31,278 nt of DNA from Gemmatimonadales bacterium (lineage in GTDB: Bacteria > Gemmatimonadota > Gemmatimonadetes > Gemmatimonadales > GWC2-71-9). Positions 8,257 through 19,741 of this stretch are shown one piece after another. The stretch covers positions 1 to 31,278 of the forward strand of contig DASTEX010000321.1 in the NCBI GenBank assembly GCA_035709185.1, written 5' to 3'. Numbering within the stretch: the first letter of the stretch is position 1; each line of letters opens with the position of its first letter. Below the pieces are notes generated by a model that saw nothing but the letters and a program-made list of their open reading frames with translations, was not told the origin of the DNA and searched no databases. Made by a program: the position numbers and the translations under genes.

Positions 8257-10112
8257 GTACCCAAACGCAAATCCGGGCGAGGGAGCAGGCGGACCAGTTC
8301 CGCTGGGTGCTGGGGCTCGCCTTTCTGATCCTCGGCGTGGCCTTTTTCCGGATCCAGGTACTCCGGGTCGAGGAATACCGGCTCCGCTCCGAGTCCAACC
8401 GGCTGCGGGCCCTCCCGCTGGCCGCTCCCCGGGGGCAGATCAAGGACCGGAACGGCCTGATCGTCGCCGACAACAAGCCGGGCTACACGGTCAAGCTGCT
8501 CGCGCCGTCCACCGATTCGCTGCGGGCCGTGCTGGCCCGCCTGGGCCAGATCGTCGAGCTGGACAGCTCCACCGTGGAGCAGGTGGTCCGGCGCTGGCGC
8601 AGCGCCCGCTACCAGCCGTCGCTGGTATTCAACAGCCAGTCCTTCGAGGTGATCTCCCGGCTGGAGGAGCACCGGCAGCTGCTGCCCGGCCTGGTCATCC
8701 AGACGGAACCGCGCCGGTACTATCCGGGCGGCGGCGCGGTGGCGCACGTGGTGGGCTATGTGGGCGAGGTGTCGGAGGGAGATCTCGAGCGCGACCGGTA
8801 CCCCGGCGCCCGGTTGGGAACCATCGTGGGGCGCGAGGGACTGGAACACCAGTACGACAGCGTGCTGCGGGGGCGGGAGGGCGTTCGGTTCGTGGAGGTC
8901 AACGCCCGCGGCGCCATGGTGCGGGAAGGCGATTCCACGCTGGCCATCGAGCCCGCCGGGGGCCAGCCGCTCGCGATCACCATCGATCTGCCGCTGCAGC
9001 TCTACATCGATTCGCTCTGGCGCGACTCGCTCAACCGGTTCAAGGGCGCCATGGTCGCCATGCGGCCGAATGGTGAGATCCTGGCGCTCTACTCCTGGCC
9101 CACGTTCGATCCCAATGACTTCGTCGGGGGCATTGCCCCCGAGCGCTACCGCGAGCTCACGTCGGAGGGCTCCGGGCTGCCCCTGTACAACCGCGCGATC
9201 AAGGGCGCCTATCCCCCGGCGTCGCCCTTCAAGCTCGCTACCGCTGCGATGGCGCTGCGCCGGGGTCTGGTGAACTTCTCCACCCACATGGATCAGCCCT
9301 GCAACGGGGGCTACCGGTTCGGCAATCGGGTATTCAAGTGCTGGAAGAAGGAGGGCCACGGCTCACTCGACCTGACCCAGGCCATCGCGGTCAGCTGCGA
9401 CGTGTACTTCTACCAGCTCGGTCTCAGGCTGGGGCTCGACAACCTGCTCAAGGACGGGGTGGATTTCGGGTTCCGGGAGCGGACCGGGGTCGATCTCCTG
9501 GCGGAGACGCGGTCCTTCTTCCCGCCCTCCCGCGAGTACTACAACAAGGCGTACGGGCCGCGCGGCTGGACCAACGCGGTCACCCTCAATCTTTCGATCG
9601 GGCAGGGAGAGAACAGCCAGACGCTGATCAACGTCATGCGGTTCTACCAGGCCCTGGCCGGTGACGGCGTGGGACACACCCCCCGTCTGGTGGCGGGCCA
9701 CGACCCCGAACCCAAGAAGCTCGACCTCACTCCCCGGCAGCTGGCGGGCCTGCGCGAGGCGATGCGGATGGTGGTGCAGCGGGGCACCGCGGCGGCGTCG
9801 CGCGGTGGTGACCTCGACATGGCCGGAAAGACCGGCACCGCCCAGAACTCGCACGGTGACGATCACGGCTGGTTCATCGGTTTTGCCCCGGCCACCAACC
9901 CGGAGATCATCGTCGGCGCCATCATGGAGAAGGCGCTGCACGGCTCGTCGGTGGCGCCCTGGGTGGCCCGGGTAATCCGCCGCTACCTGGAAGGCCCCAC
10001 GACCAGGACCGACGCGCCGCTCGAGATCGAGCTGCCGGCCGACTCGGCGCCCCGGCCCGAGGTGCTCCCGCCGGATTCCGCCGCCACCGACACCCTCCGG
10101 CCCCGCCCATGA
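8253..10112 (+). CDS. mrdA: Penicillin-binding protein 2
   Basis: APRGQIKDRNG, SxxK (PASPFK), SxD (SCDVYFY), KTG (AGKTGTAQ). Confidence 0.95.
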   Translation: MSTQTQIRAREQADQFRWVLGLAFLILGVAFFRIQVLRVEEYRLRSESNRLRALPLAAPRGQIKDRNGLIVADNKPGYTVKLLAPSTDSLRAVLARLGQIVELDSSTVEQVVRRWRSARYQPSLVFNSQSFEVISRLEEHRQLLPGLVIQTEPRRYYPGGGAVAHVVGYVGEVSEGDLERDRYPGARLGTIVGREGLEHQYDSVLRGREGVRFVEVNARGAMVREGDSTLAIEPAGGQPLAITIDLPLQLYIDSLWRDSLNRFKGAMVAMRPNGEILALYSWPTFDPNDFVGGIAPERYRELTSEGSGLPLYNRAIKGAYPPASPFKLATAAMALRRGLVNFSTHMDQPCNGGYRFGNRVFKCWKKEGHGSLDLTQAIAVSCDVYFYQLGLRLGLDNLLKDGVDFGFRERTGVDLLAETRSFFPPSREYYNKAYGPRGWTNAVTLNLSIGQGENSQTLINVMRFYQALAGDGVGHTPRLVAGHDPEPKKLDLTPRQLAGLREAMRMVVQRGTAAASRGGDLDMAGKTGTAQNSHGDDHGWFIGFAPATNPEIIVGAIMEKALHGSSVAPWVARVIRRYLEGPTTRTDAPLEIELPADSAPRPEVLPPDSAATDTLRPRP

Positions 10113-11353
10113 GGTCCGAGGGACTGGACCGGCCGCTGCTGCTGGAGGTGTTCCTGCTCACCACCTTCGGCCTGCTCATGCTCTATTCGGCCGGGCAGAC
10201 CGATGCCCCGACCAACGCGGCGGGGGCCTGGACCAGGCAGCTGGTGTGGGCCGGCGCCGCGATCGTGGCGGCCATCGCCGCCTTCCGGGTGTCTCCCCGG
10301 GTCATCGAATGGCTGGCGCCGGGGATTTACGCCTTCTCGCTGTTGCTCCTGCTGATCACGTTGGTCATCGGCACCGGCGCCGGGTCGGCGGCAGGGACCA
10401 AGAGCTGGATCGCGATCGGCGGGGTGCGACTGGGCCAGCCGGCCGAGCTGGCCAAGCTGGGGACGATTCTGTTCCTGGCCCAGTATCTCTCCAACCTGCG
10501 GGAACCGCCGGACAATCTCCGCCGGCTGATTCCGGCCTGCACCATCGCGGCGGTGCCCACGCTGCTGGTCCTGGCTCAGCCCGACTTGGGCAGCGCCATC
10601 GTGTTCGTGGGGATTCTCTTCGCCATGCTGTTCTGGGCCGGAGTGCGGCCCGCGCTGCTGCTGCTGCTGGCCTCGCCGGTGATCAGCCTGCTGCTGGCCG
10701 CGAATACCGCGTTCTGGATCGTCTGGATGATCCTGCTGGGCGGACTGCTGTTCTTCTGGCGGATCTATCTGTCGGAGGGTTTGCTGGTCTACATCGTGAA
10801 CTCGGTGATGGGCGTGCTCGCCTTTCCCATGTGGAACAAGCTCAAGCCCTACCAGCAGCGCCGGTTCCAGGCGTTCCTCGATCCCGAGGTGGATCCCGGC
10901 GGCGCGTCCTACCAGGCCATCCAGTCGAAGGTGGCCCACGGATCGGGCGGCCTGTTCGGCAGCGGCTACACCCAGGGGCCGCAGAAGCGGCTCGCCTTCC
11001 TGCCGGAGCAACACACCGACTTCATCTTCCCCGTGGTGGGTGAAGAACTCGGATTCATCGGCGTGATGGCCGCGCTGGGGTTGTTTCTGCTGTTCTTCCT
11101 CACGTTGCTCCGGATCGCCCGCCGGGCCACGGACCAGTTCGGCGCGCTGGTGGTGTTCGGCGTGCTCGGCCTGATGCTCACGCACATGTGGGAGAACATC
11201 GGCATGACCGTGAACGTGATGCCGATCACGGGGATTCCGCTGCCGTTCTTCAGCTACGGCGGCTCGTTCCTGCTGACCTGCGGCGTGGCGATCGGGCTGG
11301 TGCTGCGGGTGGCGTGGGAGTCGCGGGGAGCGGGGTACCTGGAGAAGGACTGA
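10109..11353 (+). CDS. rodA: Rod shape-determining protein RodA (SEDS glycosyltransferase)
   Basis: QPAELAK, QPDLGSA, LPEQHTDFIF, PITGIPLPFFSYGGS; follows mrdA. Confidence 0.95.
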   Translation: MRSEGLDRPLLLEVFLLTTFGLLMLYSAGQTDAPTNAAGAWTRQLVWAGAAIVAAIAAFRVSPRVIEWLAPGIYAFSLLLLLITLVIGTGAGSAAGTKSWIAIGGVRLGQPAELAKLGTILFLAQYLSNLREPPDNLRRLIPACTIAAVPTLLVLAQPDLGSAIVFVGILFAMLFWAGVRPALLLLLASPVISLLLAANTAFWIVWMILLGGLLFFWRIYLSEGLLVYIVNSVMGVLAFPMWNKLKPYQQRRFQAFLDPEVDPGGASYQAIQSKVAHGSGGLFGSGYTQGPQKRLAFLPEQHTDFIFPVVGEELGFIGVMAALGLFLLFFLTLLRIARRATDQFGALVVFGVLGLMLTHMWENIGMTVNVMPITGIPLPFFSYGGSFLLTCGVAIGLVLRVAWESRGAGYLEKD

Positions 11354-11356
11354 ACA

Positions 11357-11490
11357 AAAGTGCCGAGTGCCTGGGTGCCGGGTGCCGGGTTCGGTACCGG
11401 GTACCGGGTACTTGGTACGGGTACTCCGGTGGCCAAGACCCAGGTACCAGGCACGGCACGGGGTACGGGGAACCCGGCACCGGGCACTCT
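11357..11490. repeat. Element B: inverted heptamer tandem arrays with 19-nt spacer
   Basis: Left 11357-11424: aaagtgc cgagtgc ctgggtgc cgggtgc cgggttc ggtac cgggtac cgggtac ttggtac gggtac. Right 11444-11490: gtaccag gcacg gcacggg gtacggg gaacccg gcaccgg gcactct. Confidence 0.9.
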
Positions 11491-11595
11491 AACCTGTTCG
11501 TATCCATAGCCTTGCGTCCCACCATCTGGCGCGGGTCGGGTCCGGCCCCCAAATTGGGTGTGATGTAGATTCGACTCCACACTTACGCTATCCTT

Positions 11596-12478
<883 letters not shown>

Positions 12479-12480
<2 letters not shown>

Positions 12481-12568
12481 TTCAGCGATTTAGCGATTTA
12501 GCGATTTAGCGATTACCAACCCTTGACGGTCAACCCAATCGCTGAATCGCCAGATCGTAAAATCGTGA
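12479..12568. repeat. Element E: inverted octamer tandem arrays with 22-nt spacer
   Basis: Left 12479-12514: gattcagc gatttagc gatttagc gatttagc gatt. Right 12537-12568: aatcgctg aatcgcca gatcgtaa aatcgtga (reverse complement type). Fills the whole accD-folC gap. Confidence 0.9.
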
Positions 12569-12569
12569 A

Positions 12570-13805
12570 ATGAACCTGTCCTACACCGAAGCGCTTCAGT
12601 TCCTCTACCCCCGAACCCAGAACTATAAATTCGGCCTGGAGCGCACCGAGCGTCTCCTCGACGAGCTGGGCCGTCCCGACCGGGTTTACCCGGTGATCCA
12701 CGTCGGGGGCACCAACGGCAAGGGCAGCGTGGCGACGCTCATGGCCGAAACCCTGCGCACCGCCGGGTGGCGCACCGGGCTCTACACCTCGCCTCACCTG
12801 GTCTCGTTCCGGGAGCGGTACCTGGTGGACGGGGCGCCGATCAGCGAGGGCGCGGCCGCGATGTGGATTCAGCGGCTCCGGCCGCTCACGGAGGAGATCG
12901 ACGCCACCTTCTTCGAGGTGGGAACCGCGCTGGCCTTCGCCGACTTTGCCGCGCGCGGGGTGGAGATCGCCGTCATCGAAGTCGGCCTGGGGGGCCGGCT
13001 CGACAGCACCAACGTGGTCCGCCCGGTGCTGTCGGTCATCACCAAGATCGAGCTGGATCACCAGAAGTATCTCGGAGACACGCTGGAGCAGATCGCGGCC
13101 GAGAAAGCCGGGATTGCCAAACCGGGCGCGCCGTTGGTAGTGGGGGAAACCCGGCCGGCGCTGATCGAGGTACTGAGGCGGGAAGGGCAGCGGGCCATCG
13201 GGGCGCTCGATCCCGCCGCTACGCTCGACTTCCGGCTGGTTCCGGGCGACGAGTTGTACCAGGGTCCCCTGCGCCTGGTCGGAAGTCACCAGCGGCGCAA
13301 CGCCGCCGTGGCCCGGGCCGCGCTGCACGCGCTGCCGGATCGGTGGAAGCCTCCCGAGCCAGCGATCGAGCGCGCCTTTGCCCGGGCCACCGTCCCGGGC
13401 CGGCTGGATCGCCGGGGCCGCTGGATCTTCGACGTGGCGCACAACCCGGACGGCGTGCGGGCGCTGGTCCGGACGCTGAAGGAGCTGAATCCGCCGGGTC
13501 CGGTCGTGGCGCTGGTATCGATCCTGGGCGACAAGGCGTGGCCGGAAATGCTGGTAACCCTGGATCAGGCCATCGATCACGGCATCCTCACCATCGCGCC
13601 CTCGGCCGACACGCGGCGATGGGACCTGGAATGGCTGCGGCGCTGGCTGCGCGAGCCCGACCGTCCGCCGGCGCGGGCCCGATGGCAGCTGATTCCCGAT
13701 TTCCACCAGGCCCTGCGTGAGGCGCAGGCTGAGGCCGGGACGATTCTCGTGACCGGCAGCTTTCACACGGTGGGCGATGTGATGGGGGCGGTGGGGATAC
13801 TCTAG
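12570..13805 (+). CDS. folC: Bifunctional folylpolyglutamate synthase/dihydrofolate synthase
   Basis: HVGGTNGKGS, YTSPHL, TFFE, EVGLGGRLDSTN, DVAHNPDG, VTGSFHTVG. Confidence 0.95.
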   Translation: MNLSYTEALQFLYPRTQNYKFGLERTERLLDELGRPDRVYPVIHVGGTNGKGSVATLMAETLRTAGWRTGLYTSPHLVSFRERYLVDGAPISEGAAAMWIQRLRPLTEEIDATFFEVGTALAFADFAARGVEIAVIEVGLGGRLDSTNVVRPVLSVITKIELDHQKYLGDTLEQIAAEKAGIAKPGAPLVVGETRPALIEVLRREGQRAIGALDPAATLDFRLVPGDELYQGPLRLVGSHQRRNAAVARAALHALPDRWKPPEPAIERAFARATVPGRLDRRGRWIFDVAHNPDGVRALVRTLKELNPPGPVVALVSILGDKAWPEMLVTLDQAIDHGILTIAPSADTRRWDLEWLRRWLREPDRPPARARWQLIPDFHQALREAQAEAGTILVTGSFHTVGDVMGAVGIL

Positions 13806-13971
13806 TGCCGCGTGCCGGGTGCCGGGTGCCGAGTGCGGTTCAGGGTGCGGGGTGCACGGTGCACACCTCCACCCAGGCAGTCGCGGCACTGAACCGGGCA
13901 CACCTGAACGGCACTCGGTACCGGGCCCGCTGAACGGCACCCGGTACGCGGCACCCGGCACGCTGAGCCCG
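13802..13971. repeat. Element C: inverted heptamer tandem arrays with 23-nt spacer
   Basis: Left 13802-13862: ctagtgc cgcgtgc cgggtgc cgggtgc cgagtgc ggttc agggtgc ggggtgc acggtgc. Right 13886-13971: gcact gaaccgg gcacacct gaacg gcactcg gtaccgg gcccgct gaacg gcacccg gtacgcg gcacccg gcacgct gagcccg. Confidence 0.9.
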
Positions 13972-13996
13972 TCCGTCGGATTAAACCTGGGTCCCA

Positions 13997-14005
13997 TGTT
14001 AGATT
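13997..14005 (+). promoter_or_regulatory. Extended -10 element of hisS, probably leaderless
   Basis: TG-T-TAGATT, then 6 nt, then ATG 14012; no SD. Confidence 0.5.
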
Positions 14006-14011
14006 CCCCCG

Positions 14012-15304
14012 ATGCAACCCCAAGCCCTGCCTGGGTTTCGCGACTTTTACCCCGCCGAATTTGCGCTCCGTCGCCACCTTTTCGAGGCGTGGCGACGTGT
14101 GGCCACCCGATATGCCTTCGAGGAATACGACGGCCCGCCGCTGGAGCCGCTGGAGTTGTATACCTCCAAGAGCGGCGAAGAGATCGTCGGGCAGCTGTAC
14201 ACGTTCATCGACAAGGGTGACCGGGCCGTTGCGCTCCGGCCGGAGATGACCCCCACGCTGGCGCGGATGGTGGCGGCACGGGCCAACGGTCTCAAGAAGC
14301 CGATCCGCTGGTTCTCCATTCCCCAGCTGTTCCGTTACGAGCGGCAGCAGCGGGGCCGGCTGCGGGAGCACTTCCAGCTCAACTGCGACCTGATCGGGGA
14401 AGCGGGCCCGCTGGCCGACGTCGAGATCATCGCGGTGGCGATCGACTGCATGCGGGAGCTCGGGCTCACCGAGCGCGACGTCCGGGTCCGGGTGTCGGAC
14501 CGGCGGCTCCTGACGGTACTGTTAGGCGAGGCCGGGCTGGCGGAGCCGCTCCGGCCGCTGGCCTTTCAGCTGCTCGACAAGCTGGGCCGGGGGGAGTACA
14601 CGGCGACCCGCCAGGCGCTGCTGGAGGCGGGGGCGTCGGCCGGGACGGTCGGGCGGCTGGAAAGCGTGCGCGAGCTCCGGCAATGGTCCGACGTCGAAAC
14701 CGCGTTTCCCCTGGCCGCGGGCGCGGGGGAGCCGCTGCGGCAGGTCTTCCAGGCCCTCGACCGCATGGAGCTGGGTGCGTGGCTCGACTTGGACCTGACG
14801 ATCGTGCGGGGCCTGGCCTACTACACCGGCACCGTGTTCGAGCTCTTCGACGCCGGGTACAGCCTGCGGGCCATCTGCGGCGGGGGACGTTACGACAACC
14901 TGCTGCAGGCGTTAGGCGGAGTGGACCTCCCCGCGCTGGGGTTCGGCATGGGCGACGTGGTGCTGACCGAGCTGCTGCGCGAGCGCCGGCTGGTGCCCTC
15001 GTTTGATCAGCGGCTGGACGTCTTTCTGGCCGGGGTCACGGGAGAGGATTTCCCGCATCTGCTGGGCCTGGCCCGGGTGCTGCGCGACCGCGGCCTCCGA
15101 GTGGAGTTCCCGCTGGCGGAGGCGGCCCTGGGCAAGCAGCTGAAGCTCGCCGCCGCGCGCCAGGCCCGGTTCGCCGTGGTGGTGGGACCGGATGACCGGG
15201 CCCGCGATCAGGTGGTAGTGAAGGAACTCGAGACGGGACGGCAGGAAGCCGTGCCCCAGAACCGATTGCCGGAGATGCTTGCCGCATGGCAGACAAAGCG
15301 CTGA
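14012..15304 (+). CDS. hisS: Histidine--tRNA ligase
   Basis: [46 protein letters not shown]. Confidence 0.97.
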   Translation: MQPQALPGFRDFYPAEFALRRHLFEAWRRVATRYAFEEYDGPPLEPLELYTSKSGEEIVGQLYTFIDKGDRAVALRPEMTPTLARMVAARANGLKKPIRWFSIPQLFRYERQQRGRLREHFQLNCDLIGEAGPLADVEIIAVAIDCMRELGLTERDVRVRVSDRRLLTVLLGEAGLAEPLRPLAFQLLDKLGRGEYTATRQALLEAGASAGTVGRLESVRELRQWSDVETAFPLAAGAGEPLRQVFQALDRMELGAWLDLDLTIVRGLAYYTGTVFELFDAGYSLRAICGGGRYDNLLQALGGVDLPALGFGMGDVVLTELLRERRLVPSFDQRLDVFLAGVTGEDFPHLLGLARVLRDRGLRVEFPLAEAALGKQLKLAAARQARFAVVVGPDDRARDQVVVKELETGRQEAVPQNRLPEMLAAWQTKR

Positions 15305-16737
15305 CCACCCGCGCCCAGGACTTCAGCGCCTGGTACAACGAGTTGATCCTCCGGGCGGAGCTGGCCGATTACAGCCCCGTGCGCGGCTGCATGGTCATTC
15401 GTCCCAACGGCTACGCCATCTGGGAGGAAATCCAGCGCGCCCTGGATGCCATGTTCAAGGAGACCGGCCACGTCAACGCGTACTTCCCGCTCTTCATCCC
15501 GCAGAGCTTCCTGGCGCGGGAAGCCGAGCACGTGGAAGGGTTCGCCCCCGAGCTGGCGGTGGTCACCCACGGCGGCGGCAAGGAGCTGGAGGAGCCGCTG
15601 GTCGTCCGGCCGACTTCGGAGACCATCATCTACTCGATGCTGTCCAAGTGGATCCAGAGCTATCGGGACCTGCCGGTGCTGCTGAACCAGTGGGCCAACG
15701 TGGTGCGGTGGGAGCTCCGGACCCGTCTCTTCCTGCGCACCACGGAGTTCCTCTGGCAGGAAGGGCACACCGCGCACGCCACCGAGGCCGAAGCTGAAAC
15801 CGAAACCCGGCTGATTCTGGCGACCTATCGCCGGTTCATGGAAGAGCACATGGCCATGCCGGTGCTCACCGGGCTCAAGACCGAGACCGAGCGGTTTGCC
15901 GGTGCGCTCCGGACCTATGCGCTCGAAGCGCTGATGCAGGACAACCGCGCGCTGCAGGCCGGGACCAGTCACAACCTGGGCCAGAATTTCGCCAAGGCGT
16001 TCGACGTCACGTTCCAGACCGCCGACGGCGGGCTGGACTACGTGTGGAGCACCTCGTGGGGCGTATCCACCCGCCTGGTGGGCGGGCTCATCATGACCCA
16101 CAGCGATGACGCCGGTCTGGTCTGTCCTCCCCGGCTGGCCCAGTGGCAGGTGGTGATCGTGCCGATCTACAAGACGGACGAAGAACGGGCCGCTACCTTC
16201 GAAGCCGCCGAGCGGATGGTGCATCAGCTGCGGGTCGCCGGGATCCGCGCCCGGGCCGATCTGCGCGAAGGCCTCAAGCCCGGCGCCAAGTATTACGAGT
16301 GGGAGACCCGCGGGGTGCCCTTCCGGCTGGAGCTGGGTCCCCGCGACCTGGCCAACGAATCGGTGATGCTGGCGCGACGCACCGGCGGCAAGAAGGAGTC
16401 GATTCCGGCCGGCGGCCTGCCGCAGCGGATGTTCCAGGAGATCGACCAGATGCAGCGCGATCTGTTCGAGAAGGCGCGCCAGCGCCGTGAGGCCAACAGC
16501 ATCCGCGGGGCGAGCCGGCAGGATCTGCTGGAGAAGATGGCCGGCGAAGGCGGCGGCGGCTTCGTGTACGGTGGCTATTGCGGCAGCCCCGCGTGCGAGG
16601 CTCAAATCAAGGAGCAGACCAAAGCCACGATCCGGGTGCTGCCCGACGAGGAGTTCCGCTCCACGAACCTGCCGGAGCGCTGTCTCTGGTGTGATGCACC
16701 GAGCGTGTCGGAGGCGGTCTGGGCGAGAGCCTATTGA
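15286..16737 (+). CDS. proS: Proline--tRNA ligase, archaeal/eukaryotic type
   Basis: [51 protein letters not shown]; C-terminal Cys cluster and terminal ARAY; no INS editing domain. Confidence 0.97.
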   Translation: MADKALTTRAQDFSAWYNELILRAELADYSPVRGCMVIRPNGYAIWEEIQRALDAMFKETGHVNAYFPLFIPQSFLAREAEHVEGFAPELAVVTHGGGKELEEPLVVRPTSETIIYSMLSKWIQSYRDLPVLLNQWANVVRWELRTRLFLRTTEFLWQEGHTAHATEAEAETETRLILATYRRFMEEHMAMPVLTGLKTETERFAGALRTYALEALMQDNRALQAGTSHNLGQNFAKAFDVTFQTADGGLDYVWSTSWGVSTRLVGGLIMTHSDDAGLVCPPRLAQWQVVIVPIYKTDEERAATFEAAERMVHQLRVAGIRARADLREGLKPGAKYYEWETRGVPFRLELGPRDLANESVMLARRTGGKKESIPAGGLPQRMFQEIDQMQRDLFEKARQRREANSIRGASRQDLLEKMAGEGGGGFVYGGYCGSPACEAQIKEQTKATIRVLPDEEFRSTNLPERCLWCDAPSVSEAVWARAY

Positions 16738-18071
16738 CGGGCGGGCCGGCGGGCGGGCAGTCCCCGGACGAGGACCCGTCCTTTCGTTCCGCCCTTTTCG
16801 AAGATGCCGGGCTGTCCCGCGACCCGGACGGCAACCTTCTGGTCGGCGGCGTGGCCATCGAGGCTATCGCTCGCGCCGCCGGCACGCCGTCGTTCGTTTA
16901 CAATGCCGAAGCTGTCCGCCGGAAATACCTGACGCTGGACGCGGCGCTGGCGGGATACCCCCACCGGATCCTCTACTCGGTGAAAGCCAACGGCAACCTG
17001 GCGGTGCTCCGGGTGCTGCAGGAGGCCGGCGCCGGCTGCGACATCGTCTCCGGCGGCGAGCTCCGCCGGGCCCTCGCCGCGGGGTTCGATCCCGGCAGCA
17101 TCGTCTTCAGCGGCGTGGGCAAGACCCGGGAGGAACTCGCGGATGCGTGCGAGGCCGGCATCGGGCAGATCAACGTCGAGTCGCTCGAGGAGCTGGGAAC
17201 GCTGGAGGCAATCGCCACCGACCGGAGCCAGCCGGTGCGAACTGGCATCCGGGTCAATCCCAGCGTAACGGTGGATACCCATCCATTCATCGCCACCGGT
17301 ACCGCCGCCGCCAAGTTCGGGATCCCGGCGGACCAGGTGGTAGAAACGGCGCTCCGCATTGCGCGCCAGCCGAAACTTCGGTTGACCGGCCTCGCAATGC
17401 ACCTGGGCAGTCAGCTGCTCGATCCGGCGCCATACCGGGAAGCGGCCCGCAAGCTGGCCGGACTGGTGGACCAGATCCGCACCGCGGGCATCACCACCCT
17501 CAGGTCGCTCGACCTCGGGGGCGGGCTGGGCATCCGTTACCATCGCGAGCAGGCGCTGGAACCCGGACAGTTGGTGGCCGAAGTGGGGCCGGTGCTGGGC
17601 CCGCTGGGACTGGACTGGCAGGTGGAGCCGGGCCGATATCTGGTGGGGAGCGCGGGCCTGCTGCTCGCCACGGTGCTCTACCGGAAGCACGCGGGCGGAA
17701 AAGACTTCGTGGTGGTGGACGCGGGAATGAGCGACCTGGTCCGGCCCAGCCATTACCTGGCCTACCACGACATCGTGGTCTCGCGTGACCGGGGCCGGCC
17801 CGTCCGCCGGGTGGACGTCGTGGGGCCGATCTGCGAGAGCGGCGACTTCCTGGCGCTCGACCGTCCGCTGCCCGACGTGGAACCGGGCGATGTGCTGGCC
17901 ATCCTGGGTGCGGGCGCCTACGGTTTCGTCATGGGTTCGCGCTACAACGCCCGACCTCGTCCGGCCGAGGTGCTGGTCGACGGCCGGACCTGGGGCGTGG
18001 CCCGCCGCCGCGAGACGTACGCCGACCTGATGGCCGGTGAAGTGGTCCAACCCCTGGAGCATCACGACTGA
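16734..18071 (+). CDS. lysA: Diaminopimelate decarboxylase
   Basis: YSVKAN (PLP Lys), [43 protein letters not shown]. Start uncertain. Confidence 0.95.
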   Translation: MTGGPAGGQSPDEDPSFRSALFEDAGLSRDPDGNLLVGGVAIEAIARAAGTPSFVYNAEAVRRKYLTLDAALAGYPHRILYSVKANGNLAVLRVLQEAGAGCDIVSGGELRRALAAGFDPGSIVFSGVGKTREELADACEAGIGQINVESLEELGTLEAIATDRSQPVRTGIRVNPSVTVDTHPFIATGTAAAKFGIPADQVVETALRIARQPKLRLTGLAMHLGSQLLDPAPYREAARKLAGLVDQIRTAGITTLRSLDLGGGLGIRYHREQALEPGQLVAEVGPVLGPLGLDWQVEPGRYLVGSAGLLLATVLYRKHAGGKDFVVVDAGMSDLVRPSHYLAYHDIVVSRDRGRPVRRVDVVGPICESGDFLALDRPLPDVEPGDVLAILGAGAYGFVMGSRYNARPRPAEVLVDGRTWGVARRRETYADLMAGEVVQPLEHHD

Positions 18072-18072
18072 C

Positions 18073-19635
18073 ATGGCGTCTCAGCCGCACCATCCCGGTA
18101 TCCTGATTCTCGATTACGGCTCGCAGTTCACCCAGCTCATCGCGCGGCGGGTTCGTGAGGCCCACGTCTACTGCGAGATCCACCCGCCCAACCGCACCCT
18201 CGACTGGATTCGGCAATGGAATCCGCGGGGCATCATTCTCTCGGGCGGGCCCAACTCGGTCTACGAGGAAGGTGCTCCCCGGGGTCCCGACGGCATCCTC
18301 GACGTGGGCGTGCCGGTCCTGGGACTGTGTTACGGCATGCAGCTGATGGCGCGCATGGCGGGGGGTTCGGTGGTCGGGGCCGATCGCCGCGAATACGGCC
18401 GGGCGACGGTGCGGATCGAGGGGGGCCGTCTCTTCCGGGGCTTCGAACCGGGAGAGGAGACGCCGGTCTGGATGAGCCATGGCGATCACGTCGACGAGCC
18501 GCCGCCCGGATTCATCCGCACCGCGTCGAGCCCCAACACTCCGGTGGCAGGATTCGAGCACGCACAGCGGCCGCTCTACGCGGTCCAGTTTCACCCCGAG
18601 GTGGCGCACACCACCCGCGGCAGCGAGATCATTTCGAATTTCCTGTTCGACATCTGCGGCTGCACGCCGGACTGGACCGCCGGGCATTTCATCGAAACCG
18701 AAGTTGCCAGGATCCGGGAACAGGTCGGCGCCTCCGCCCGCGTGATCTGCGGGCTCTCCGGCGGCGTGGACTCGAGCGTGGCGGCGGCGCTGGTGCATCG
18801 CGCGGTGGGCGACCGGCTGACCTGCATCTTCGTCGACCACGGACTGCTGCGACAGCATGAGCGCGACCAGGTCGAGAATACCTTCCGGCGCCACCTCGGC
18901 ATCGACCTGCGGGTGGTGGATGCCGGCGACCGGTTCCTCCAGCGGCTGGGAGGCGTCGCCGATCCCGAGGAGAAGCGCCGCCGCATCGGCCATACCTTCA
19001 TCGACGTATTCGAGGACGCCGCCCGCTCGGTGGGAGCCGACGTGGGCTTCCTGGTGCAGGGCACACTCTATCCGGACGTGATCGAGAGCGTCTCGCCCCG
19101 GGGCGGCCCGTCGGTGACCATCAAGACCCATCATAACGTCGGCGGATTGCCTGAGCGGCTTCCGTTCTCGCTGATCGAGCCCCTGCGCGAGCTGTTCAAG
19201 GACGAGGTGCGCCAGGTGGGAAGAGAACTCGGCCTGCCGGAGGAAATGGTGGGGCGGCACCCGTTCCCGGGCCCGGGCCTGGCCATCCGGATCCTGGGAG
19301 AAGTGACGCGTCCGGCCCTCGACCTGCTGCGGCGGGCCGACGCCATCTACCTGGAAGAAATCCGGGCAGCAGGTCTGTACGACGACATCTGGCAGGCCTT
19401 TGCCGTGCTCCTGCCAATCCGCTCGGTCGGAGTGCAGGGGGATTTCCGGACCTATGACCTGACGGTTGCCCTTCGAGCCGTGACCAGCCGGGACGGAATG
19501 ACGGCCGACTGGTACCCCTTTCCCCCCGATGTCCTGGCGCGGATTTCGAGCCGGATTGCCAACGAGGTAAAGGGGGTAAACCGGGTCGTCTATGACGTGA
19601 GCTCGAAGCCTCCGGCCACCATCGAATGGGAATGA
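18073..19635 (+). CDS. guaA: GMP synthase (glutamine-hydrolysing)
   Basis: [56 protein letters not shown]; ATG 18073. Confidence 0.98.
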   Translation: MASQPHHPGILILDYGSQFTQLIARRVREAHVYCEIHPPNRTLDWIRQWNPRGIILSGGPNSVYEEGAPRGPDGILDVGVPVLGLCYGMQLMARMAGGSVVGADRREYGRATVRIEGGRLFRGFEPGEETPVWMSHGDHVDEPPPGFIRTASSPNTPVAGFEHAQRPLYAVQFHPEVAHTTRGSEIISNFLFDICGCTPDWTAGHFIETEVARIREQVGASARVICGLSGGVDSSVAAALVHRAVGDRLTCIFVDHGLLRQHERDQVENTFRRHLGIDLRVVDAGDRFLQRLGGVADPEEKRRRIGHTFIDVFEDAARSVGADVGFLVQGTLYPDVIESVSPRGGPSVTIKTHHNVGGLPERLPFSLIEPLRELFKDEVRQVGRELGLPEEMVGRHPFPGPGLAIRILGEVTRPALDLLRRADAIYLEEIRAAGLYDDIWQAFAVLLPIRSVGVQGDFRTYDLTVALRAVTSRDGMTADWYPFPPDVLARISSRIANEVKGVNRVVYDVSSKPPATIEWE

Positions 19636-19741
19636 GACGGCTGGGCTAAGTCGAGTCCTGTGTTAGCATTGGCGCACTTCTTGCTCGGCTGACTTGTATC
19701 TTTTTGCAGCCCTTCCTTCAGCGGAGCCAAGAACTCCTGCA

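Noticed and set aside
10927-10950. RodA motif reads KVAHGSGG instead of the usual AIGSGG
   Set aside because: Single substitution with the catalytic HTDF motif intact; cannot tell natural variation from base-call error.
11188-11582. ORFs 11188..11568 (+) and 11250..11582 (-); similar at 13819..14220 and 28262..28462
   Set aside because: The PGTRH/VPG-rich peptides are translations of the heptamer arrays, not credible proteins.
13806-14011. T-box riboswitch or His attenuator upstream of hisS-proS
   Set aside because: No T-box consensus or His-codon leader peptide; the gap is filled by element C, and a -10 box abuts the ATG.
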